From Macrostomum hystrix (Eukaryota; Animalia; Platyhelminthes), in assembly GCA_950097015.1 (NCBI GenBank), contig CATNEN010000012.1, forward strand, positions 2,790,001 to 2,854,000: a DNA stretch of 64,000 nt, read 5' to 3'. Below the pieces are notes generated by a model. The model was not told the origin of the DNA and ran no database searches. It saw nothing but the letters and a program-made list of their open reading frames with translations. Positions 25,483-34,288 of the stretch are shown here, one piece after another; positions within the stretch are counted from its first letter, which is position 1, and the number at the start of each line of letters is the position of its first letter. Made by a program: the position numbers and the translations under genes.

Positions 25483-25752
25483 TCACAGCAGGCTGCACTT
25501 AGACTTGCGCCCAGAGCTGCGGCCGCTGGCGCCACTGGCGGCCTCTCTCTTGCGCAATCGACCAAAAAAACTTCGGCCGGCGCTGCCGTTGCGAGAGGCG
25601 GCGCCAACGCCGCCGGCAGCCGCAGCCGCAGCTTCGCTTCGCCGCTCCAGTTTGGCCTTGATCTCCCTGGCCATCAGGGTGAAGGCCTCCTCAATGCCGG
25701 AGCCAGTCTTGGCGCTGCACTCGGCGAAGTGCATTCGATGTTCGCTGGCCAG
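25483..25752 (-). CDS. RAB8: Rab8 coding exon 4 (SAK motif, CAAX)
   Basis: ttgcag|CTG; [41 protein letters not shown]. Confidence 0.95.
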   Translation of the reverse strand: MASEHRMHFAECSAKTGSGIEEAFTLMAREIKAKLERRSEAAAAAAGGVGAASRNGSAGRSFFGRLRKREAASGASGRSSGRKSKCSLL

Positions 25753-27959
25753 CTGCAAGAGGGTCGAGTTTATGAGGCCGCTGTACTGTCTCTACCTGCA
25801 TTGCGTTACGACAGCTAAATCATTTACCACTTCTATCTCTATCCCTTCTATCTCTATCCCTTCTTCCTCTACCCCTTCCTTCTCTATCCCATCCTTCTCT
25901 ATCCCTTCTTCCTCTACCCCTTCCTTCTCTATCCCTTCCTTTGGCCACTTAACTTTACACTGCAGCTATCAGTTAATTAACAGAAAGTGCAAAAGTGGAG
26001 AAGCCATGACCTGTCAATCACCTGATAAGCTAATTTGCCAGGCCTCTTTCTAAAATCCGCTTTTCAAAGCAGGATTACTGTAGATTAAATCGTAGTAAAT
26101 TAAGCTAACACGCAAGGGAAATTCTATCCAAAAACTGTATTTAATGGATCCCAAGGAGAATTAGATATTTCCGTCACGGTTTCTGCGCCCTTAACTAGAA
26201 GCCACGACAATATCTTTTAATATCCCTTTTAGTCCATTATAGATGCTCACATCGTAATTCTTTCTTCCACTCCATATCCGATTCTAGATCCCAATCCAAA
26301 TCCGACTCTAGATCCCAATCCATTTCCGACTCTAGATCCCAACCCACAGATCCCAGCCTTTCACTGACCTTTTCGCCCTGCTCTCTGCTAATGACTCCCT
26401 CACTGGCATTCTAGATCCCAATCCATATCCGATTCTAGATCCCAATCCATATCCGATTCTAGATCCCAATCCATATCCGATTCTAGATCCCAATCCATAT
26501 CCGATTCTAGATCCCAATCCATATCCGATTCTAGATCCCAATCCATATCCGATTCTAGATCCCAATCCATATCCGATTCTAGATCCCAATCCATATCCGA
26601 TTCTAGATCCCAATCCATATCCGATTCTAGATCCCAATCCATATCCGATTCTAGATCCCAATCCATATCCGATTCTAGATCCCAATCCATATCCGATTCT
26701 AGATCCCAATCCATATCCAATTCTAGATCCCAGCCTTTCACTGACCTTTTCGCCCTGCTCTCTGCTAATGACTCTCTCACTGGCAAGGTCTGATTTATTG
26801 GCCAGCAGCATTTTCTCTACATCCACATTGGCATGCTGCGCAACATTGCCAATCCAGTTGCGGATGTTGTCGTAGGACTCAGCAAAGGTGACGTCATAGA
26901 CTAGAAAGACGCCCATGGCGCCGCGGTAATAAGAAGTGGTGATTGTGCGAAACCGCTCCTGTCCTGCTGTGTCCCTAAAGGAACAAATAATTTTACATTT
27001 CTGAGCTTAAAATTTACAACGGCTTAACTGGTTTGTCCATGTAAAAAACAGAACAGGTGACTCACCAGACTTGTAATTTAACACGCTTGCCATCCACAAC
27101 TATTGTGCGAATCTTGAAGTCAATGCCTAAAAATGAATAATTAACTATACACATAATTGAGTTTAGCTTAACCCAGAAAAATTCAAATAAACTTTGTTGC
27201 CTTTAGATCAACCCGTGATACTTAGAGCTTCCCTATTCCATACTTCAAAGAAGTAAACATTTTTAGAGCTAATTTATATGACCCATTGCTTATAGATTTC
27301 GTCTAGTCTAGTCTAGTTTAGGTAGTGCAATTATAATAAATGAAATATAGTGGGGGAATTCGAAATATTATAGTGTTAAACTGCTCTTAAAAAGAAAAGA
27401 ACTCTTAGTATGAAGATAAAAACATGCTTAAAAGCTACATAGCTGCATGGATTTACAAATGGTAGTCTGTTGTCATAGCAGTACAATGTTTATGATGAAT
27501 TTAAAGCCAAGTTATATAAAGTGAAAGACAGACATTAATTTAAAAGACAAATTCTAGTAGTATTCTTGGATATGTTGACTATAACTCTCTCATTAATACA
27601 AGCTTCAATCAGCACTTTCTTTGACATTTAAAACATGCAGGTCATTTCATAATCGTTTTTGCAATTCTTGCTTCCCTTTGATAAAGTAGCAAATAGTAAA
27701 TCCAACTACACTCGACATTTCTATAAAAACTTCCAGTTATAACTTGGCTATTTTATATACACACCATTTTAAGTATATAAAAAGCAAGCAAGGTTTACAT
27801 TTTAATGTATTTTTATCATTTAACTTTCTCACCTATTGTAGCAATGAATGACTGTAGGAAGTTATTCTCAGCAAATCGAAAAATTATACATGATTTGCCA
27901 ACACCACTATCTCCGATCATAAGAAGCTTAAAAAGATATTCGTACTCTTTTGTTGCCAT
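25483..27959 (-). CDS. RAB8: Rab8-family small GTPase, 228 aa, 4 coding exons
   Basis: Exons 27959-27833, 27126-27066, 26974-26746, 25752-25483 with matching phases. [77 protein letters not shown] and YYRGAMG plus a CAAX end are typical of the Rab8/10/13 group. Confidence 0.95.
25830..25940. repeat. Short CT-rich degenerate repeat (ctctatcccttc)
   Basis: Direct reading; about 80 nt from the Rab8 exon 4 acceptor. Confidence 0.7.
26275..26727. repeat. Minisatellite, 24-nt unit ctagatcccaatccatatccgatt, containing a copy of the Rab8 exon 3 end
   Basis: Starts 18 nt into Rab8 intron 3. Confidence 0.96.
26746..26974 (-). CDS. RAB8: Rab8 coding exon 3
   Basis: ctttag|G to AAG|gtcagt; [41 protein letters not shown]. 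Confidence 0.95.
27066..27126 (-). CDS. RAB8: Rab8 coding exon 2
   Basis: ttag|GC to TG|gtgag; [21 protein letters not shown]. Confidence 0.93.
27833..27959 (-). CDS. RAB8: Rab8 coding exon 1 (P-loop)
   Basis: ATG at 27959; [43 protein letters not shown]|gtgag. Absent from the ORF track. Confidence 0.93.
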
Positions 27960-28132
27960 TTCTACAGACACGACAATGATTAAGCGGAAATATTATTTTA
28001 ATTATCTACTGGACAGTACCAGGCTTTAAAAACTTGCCTACTTGCTTCTGATATTTTTCTTCCACTGCTAAAACAAGTGGCTATATTTTCGCTTCGTGAC
28101 AATATACAAATCTATGCAGTCATCACACTCAC

Positions 28133-28790
28133 ACAGTTTACTAATAGTGTAAATAATTCAAAGGTTGGATAGGTTTCTCTTTTTAAAACAAGTCACGTCG
28201 AAGTCACTGACGGCAACGTGTTGTGATGTGCAGCTTTAAGGACGCTTATTAAAGTAGTATAGGCTCCAAAAATACAACTCAATAGAAAAATTTCCGAAAA
28301 ATCAGAAAAAAACTACTAGGTATACAGTTTGATTCAATTTTAACATCAAAAAGCAATGACAAGGTACAAGGCGTTAAGAGTGACGCGAACAGACATTTCA
28401 CAGTAAAAAAAATATTGTGATATCGAAAGTAGGCACCATAAACATTGTTACAGCTGTAAAATTTCAATTTTTAAATACAGAAACAAACTAAAAAACAAGA
28501 ACAAAGTTTTACAAAAAAGGTTTTACGAAAGCTCTTTTCTCTCTACTGCAGCATTTGTTTTACATTGACATTAATTCGAAATATAATATTGGATTTCTTT
28601 TCTGAGAAAAAAATTATTTCCGTTTCAGTTACAGACTATAAATCTACTTTTATTTATCGTAATACAGGCCTGCTTTTTTCTGTTACTTAGGCCTAATGTT
28701 AGTTTAGCCTTTCTGTTATTTCTGGAAACATTGCCGTATCAATTCGACAGTACAAGTTATCCGTGTTACTTTATCTAGCTTGGCGGAAAC
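28133..28790. promoter_or_regulatory. Inferred bidirectional promoter region between Rab8 (-) and PKI/TBC1D10 (+)
   Basis: Genes are divergent. The Rab8 ATG has an acceptor 2 nt upstream (ctgtag|aaATG) and a minus-strand GTGAGT donor at 28132-28127. A plus-strand donor lies at 28811. No TSS evidence. Confidence 0.35.
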
Positions 28791-28810
28791 ATGGCTATGG
28801 CTGACAGCAG
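28791..28810 (+). CDS. Possible upstream coding mini-exon of the PKI-like gene (MAMADS-R)
   Basis: ATG GCT ATG GCT GAC AGC AG|gtaaaa joins in frame to acceptor 31956 (AG|G CAA ATG). Based on splice signals and phase only. Confidence 0.35.
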
Positions 28811-29513
28811 GTAAAATCAATTCATTTTATCAAAATAACTTGCTTCTTCTAAGTTCTATGCTAATTTATGTTATTAGTATGTTATTAATCATGTTAAATA
28901 ATACATCTATACATTATAATAAAGTATTTATGGAAATACATCATTTATTTATCTTAATTTACTAACAATTTTTATGCAATATCTTTCATAGAACTTTTTG
29001 CGGCATGTGTCGTTTCGTTCGTTAAATTATTTAAGTTAAATTATAAGTAGTCCCAACGTCAACTCAGCTATCAGGTTGGGCCGCATTTTCTGCTATATGT
29101 CCTGCATTGTAATGGCCTGCAATTCCTACTGGACAGCCAGGGTGTTGCTGTGCTGGCTGGGTGGCTGCAGGGTGTCTCACTGTCTGTTCGCTACTCCCTA
29201 GCTTTTGGTGCGATGCTAGCCAAGACTTGGCGGTTCATTGGATCTTTACCAACAGAAAGCTGCGCCGACTGGTGGGTGGGGAAAACCGTTGAAAGCTGAG
29301 GGTTAGGTAGGGGAAGGACCATTGTTGAGGTTTAAAATCATTGTTTAAAATGATATGATTGTTTAAAATCATATTTCGAGCCCACAAATTTAAATCTGTC
29401 TTTAAAATAATTTAACGAATGAAACCACACATACGCCCATTTTGCATATAATACACGCAAAATTTCTGGCATAGATTTAGGTTGCAAAATTGCAAAAAGT
29501 GGTATAAAAATAA

Positions 29514-30287
29514 GGAAGTGCTTATTCCCACGGTCCCGTGCCAATATTTTCAATTTTATCCACACGGATCCGTGCCGATAATTTCTGCTTATCCACATGG
29601 CAGCTTGTATGAATATAGGTCTACAACTCATATATGCCGTGCCGTTAATTTCAATTTTATCCACACAGATCTGTGCCGATAATTCTCTGCCTGTCCACAC
29701 GGCAGCTTGTTTTGCCGATAACTTTAAGAACTTAAAGCACATATTTTACAGGAACTATGTAGCAATTTTCATGTACTATATACAACTGGTCATACATGTT
29801 TCCAGAACCTGCAGTTACCTGTAGTAGGGCGTCTTTTAATTACGAGCAATGCACACGTTAAATTTCGAATAATCGTTAATTTCAAATAATCGTTAATTTC
29901 GAATAATATGTAACGTTGCTAACAATTGCATGAAGAATCGCGCTGACATTTGTATTGCACACGCGCTTGAAATATGATATGATGCACATGCGCAAATGAT
30001 AACTACTGACTTGTTACCGTACGAAAATAAGGTTTCAGAAACTCTACGAAAGCATGTTAACTAGTTCCGCGCTTTCCTCTGCGAATCTTTACAATTGTGT
30101 GTCCTTCGGACTTAGGCGTTAAATTCTTGAGAGTTAAAACAGTCTCCCAATGCTTTTGCTGGACAATTTTCTTAGTTGTAGACCTATTCAGACAAGCTGC
30201 CGTGGGGATAAGCAGAAAATTATCGGCACGGATCCGTGTGGATAAAATTGAAATTATCGGCACGGGACCGTGGGAATAAGCTCTGCC
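29514..30287. mobile_element. Non-autonomous PIF/Harbinger (Tourist-like) MITE, 774 bp
   Basis: Imperfect terminal inverted repeats of about 115 bp (29514-29628 vs 30174-30287), starting GG, flanked by TAA on both sides (29511-13, 30288-90). A second copy of the subterminal motif lies at 29640-29710. No transposase ORF. Confidence 0.8.
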
Positions 30288-31959
30288 TAAAAATAATTTT
30301 TTGGTGCATTGACAAAATTAGTGCATTGGCAAAAATACACTACATTGGCTGAAATCAGCATATGTAGGCCTAGTGTATGTAGCTGATTTAGGTCTGTGAA
30401 TACATGAAATACACCAGCATACTGGTCAGTAAAATTTTAAATCTCAGGTATAACTCTAGCATTATTTTATAATTTCTAGATGTCATCTTTGGCATGTGTA
30501 AGTGTATGATGTATTATCAAAATTTCAGTAACAAAAAGTATTATATCACCTTTCAGTGAGGCCACCTTTCAGTAAAGCATGTAGGCTGTGCTTATTATTA
30601 CTTGCTCACTACTGGCTCACTGCAGTAAATTGTGTATCATAATATTTTCTAGACCAAATGTGCTTATAATTTTCACAAATTTTCACTAATCTTTTGTTTA
30701 AATCAAGTTTTAGAGTATTAATCATCTAATTGCAACATGTCTTAAAAAACAGATCGCCTTTATTTGAACATACAGCTATAAAATAAGTGCATTTTTAACT
30801 TTCACAGACAATTAAAGATAAACAAATTGGTTAAGGTTCAAGAAATCAACAATAATTATTGACCTAACCCAGAATCTCAGATCTATATTAAAATGTATTT
30901 TAGACATTTAGACATAAACAAGTGTTATTTATTTGTCATAGCTGATTAACATTGTTTCCTTGGATCCTATTAATTTTGTAAAGACAATTTTTTAATTGAG
31001 TTAAACAAATATTTCATAAATTCTGCCCTATATTCTTGATTTATATAAACACTGCAATGTATTAAAGCAGACAGACAGCAAAAGACCATGATAGGACCTT
31101 AATGGATCACAAAGGTACTGCAACAAAAACTTAAAAATATATTTTGTTATATTTATTCTAACAATGCCTACCTGAGTCAAATAAAATCTGTATTGAAACA
31201 TTTTTTCATATATTGCATAGTAGACTATTATAAAAATTCTAGATAAACATTTGAACATTTATTTTTAGCATCACTAAAGGTAGTAGCTTGGCCCCTGGGC
31301 TTACAGGGCACATATTACAATCAAGAACATTGTGTCCACATCAATTTTGACTAAATATTAATGAAGTCCTCTATACATTTAGAGTTTTACTGGATTGTGG
31401 TTGTTGTGGTAAATTTTAGTTTTATACATGAGTCCATAGGAATATATAATCATACTTTATATTTAAGTATAAACATTTATATATTCAGCATTAGGCTATG
31501 ACATAAAACATAAGAAACTGTTACTATAATTATGTAATATATTTAAACCAAAATTGATTTTGGAGTTGTAAAGACAAGATGTCATGGTGAATTTATAATC
31601 TAGAAATGTATGTAAATGGCATATAGTATCTATATTGTGCACAAGTGATATATGCAAACTACTTTACTAACCAAGTGTACTCTCATTCTCTCAAGAATTA
31701 AAACTAGTTTAATTACACTTGTAATGTTTTTAACCAAAACTGTTTAATTTCTGAAAAGTAAATTAGTAAACAAAAAGCTTAGCTTGATCTACTGGATGAG
31801 TAAATTATAGACAAATTCAGGCAAATCTAGATAGATAGAAAATAGAAACGGCCCATATTTTTTGTGGACAAATTTTTTGTTTCCACAAAATAATTAATTT
31901 GTTTAGTGTGTGTTCTACTTATAATTATATAATAAAATTCTAATCCTGACTGAAGGCAA

Positions 31960-32226
31960 ATGTCCGACAACTGTTCTGTGCTGTCAAATGACGACCTGAC
32001 ACTGGAAGAGTTTCAATGCTCCGGCCGGGTTGGTCGCCGATTCGCCCTAGCCGGAGCCGGCCCAACCGCTGGCATTGTTGTGGAATCCGGATCCGGCTCT
32101 GGACAGGGCGACTGCGGACCGCTACTATTTAAAGAGGTCACCAGCAAGATGGCCAGACTTGGCGGCGGAGTCGGCGCCAGCGGTAGCGGCGGCAGCGTTC
32201 AAGGTGGCGTTGCTCGCCCTAATTAA
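31960..32226 (+). CDS. PKI: cAMP-dependent protein kinase inhibitor (PKI)-like small protein, 88 aa
   Basis: FQCSGRVGRRFAL aligns without gaps to the PKI-alpha pseudosubstrate FIASGRTGRRNAI (F at P-11, R at P-6, RR at P-3/-2, Ala at P0, hydrophobic P+1). Downstream VTSKMARL resembles the PKI NES LALKLAGL. GC-rich island in AT-rich DNA, preceded by ctaat..gaag| acceptor (31954-55). Confidence 0.85.
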   Translation: MSDNCSVLSNDDLTLEEFQCSGRVGRRFALAGAGPTAGIVVESGSGSGQGDCGPLLFKEVTSKMARLGGGVGASGSGGSVQGGVARPN

Positions 32227-33194
32227 TAAATCAATTGATTGAAATGCAATGCACTTTAAGCAGCATTGAATTAACATGGAATCGGTTTTTGTTTTAATTC
32301 GCCTTGCGATCTGTAAGTGTTGCTCTTTTTTAACTATTAAAAGTCTTTTTATCAGTCTTCTATCTGTGTTGAGTATTTCTGTTGATTGATTTTTGCGTCT
32401 AAGAAAACGTTGGCCGATGTGATAGTCGCTTGTCCATTAAATATTGCATTGCTTTTTTCATTTTAAAACAGCTATTTTTATGACTAAACATGGCCTCATT
32501 TTGTAGATGTTGTCACAGTCTTCTAGTTTGCCTTGCTAGATTGGTGGAACCGTTTTCAATGAGATACTTTCATAGTGTCTATAACAGTTTATGGTGTCCA
32601 CTGGCACTGACCCTTCAGTAGGTCCATTGTACTACCACTCTAGTCATTGTGCTTATTTAGGACAAATGTTTTGTACACCAACAGTCCATAGACTAATGGA
32701 CATGTCTGGACATGCCAAACAATGCCATGTCTGGTACATTTCACTGTGACATCTCCTTGATGTAGCGATGGTGCCTGAAGGACAATGTACTTGCCCCCTA
32801 ATGCTTCAATTAGTCCAAGAATGAAGCAGCGAGGATGTGATACAGATTGTTCTCATTTATATATTTCCGATATGATTAGGTGTGCAAAATAGGATTGTAT
32901 CTCATGCAGCTAAAACGATGTGCACGCCCGGATTCAGACAGTCAATGTCCAGTCAGATACTTGCATTCCCTTGTCTTTGCCTTCAGTTGAGCTGCTTCTG
33001 TTATTTAAGGACTGAGTCCCTTTGATCAAATACACGTTGAAAATCGTTTTTTTAATTAAAACTTGTTGGCTTGACTTATGATTATATTTATCTATTAATA
33101 TCAGATAAACTATTATTGAATTATTATCTTAATAGTGTTGCTTCGTTTAACCCACGTGGACATATTTTTTACCCTTTTTATTCCATATTATCTC

Positions 33195-33725
33195 ACCAAT
33201 TTGCTTTCAGTCTCTAATCTCATCTACCAGTTGCTTTCAGTCTCTAATCTCATCTCTATTATTTGCTTTCAGTCTCTAATCTCATCTCTCTACCATTTCT
33301 TGCTGCATCTAATCTCATCTCTCTACCATTTGCCTCAAGTCTCTAATCTCATCTCTCCACCATTTGCTTTCAGTCTCTAATCTCATCTCTCTACATTTGC
33401 TTTCAGTCTCTAATCTCATCTCTCCACCATTTGCTTTCAGTCTCTAACCTCATCTCTCTACCATTTCTTGCTGCATCTAATCTCATCTCTCTACCATTTG
33501 CCTCAAGTCTCTAATCTCATCTCTCCACCATTTGCTTTCAGTCTCTAATCTCATCTCTCCACCATTTGCTTTCAGTCTCTAATCTCATCTCTCCACCATT
33601 TGCTTTCAGTCTCTAATCTCATCTCTCCACCATTTGCTTTCAGTCTCTAACCTCATCTCTCTAACAGTTGCTTTCAGTCTCTAATCTCATCTCTCCACCA
33701 TTTACTTTCAGCCTCTAATCTCATT
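33195..33725. repeat. Minisatellite, 34-nt unit ctctaatctcatctctccaccatttgctttcagt
   Basis: Direct reading. Confidence 0.93.
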
Positions 33726-33928
33726 TGTCCCTACTCTCTCAGTCTCACAAACATCTCAAAACTGACACTAAATTGTTCCATTGTCCCTAAGTTAAATTTC
33801 AGTGAAAAGTCTGTTGGATGTATATTTACTAGATATAGATACTGGGAAACTTGGACTAACGGTTCTTCCCAAGTCATTTTTTACGCCCATGGCAACTAAA
33901 TCTTATCTCCCCGCCACATAATCTTCAG

Positions 33929-34288
33929 GGTGACTTCTCTCTGCCCCAGCACGTTGGCGCCTCCGCCGAGCCCGTGCCAGACCGCTACGGCTTCTACACC
34001 GACGCCTCCTCGATGCCGCCGCCCGACACTGGCGGCTCCGGCGGCGGCCGGCGTCGCCACGACGCGCTAAAAATAATTCGCCGCCGAGAGAAGAAATGGC
34101 TGCAGATGTTCAATAATTGGGATCGAATTGTGGCCAAAGATTTTCCTAAATTGCGCGAGCGCTGCAGAAAGGGCATCCCGGACTCGGTGCGGGCTAGGGC
34201 CTGGTACTACCTGTGCGGCGCCTGCTTCATGCAGCGTGACCAGCCCGACCTTTACCAGATATGCCAAAGCAAGCAGGCCAGCGAGAAG
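33929..34288 (+). CDS. TBC1D10: TBC1D10-like first identified coding exon
   Basis: cttcag|GGT GAC (phase 0) to AAG|gtgagc; in-frame stop upstream at 33857. Confidence 0.85.

Noticed and set aside
28195-28390. CRE half-sites (TGACG) near the putative PKI promoter
   Set aside because: 5-mers occur frequently by chance and there is no full TGACGTCA.
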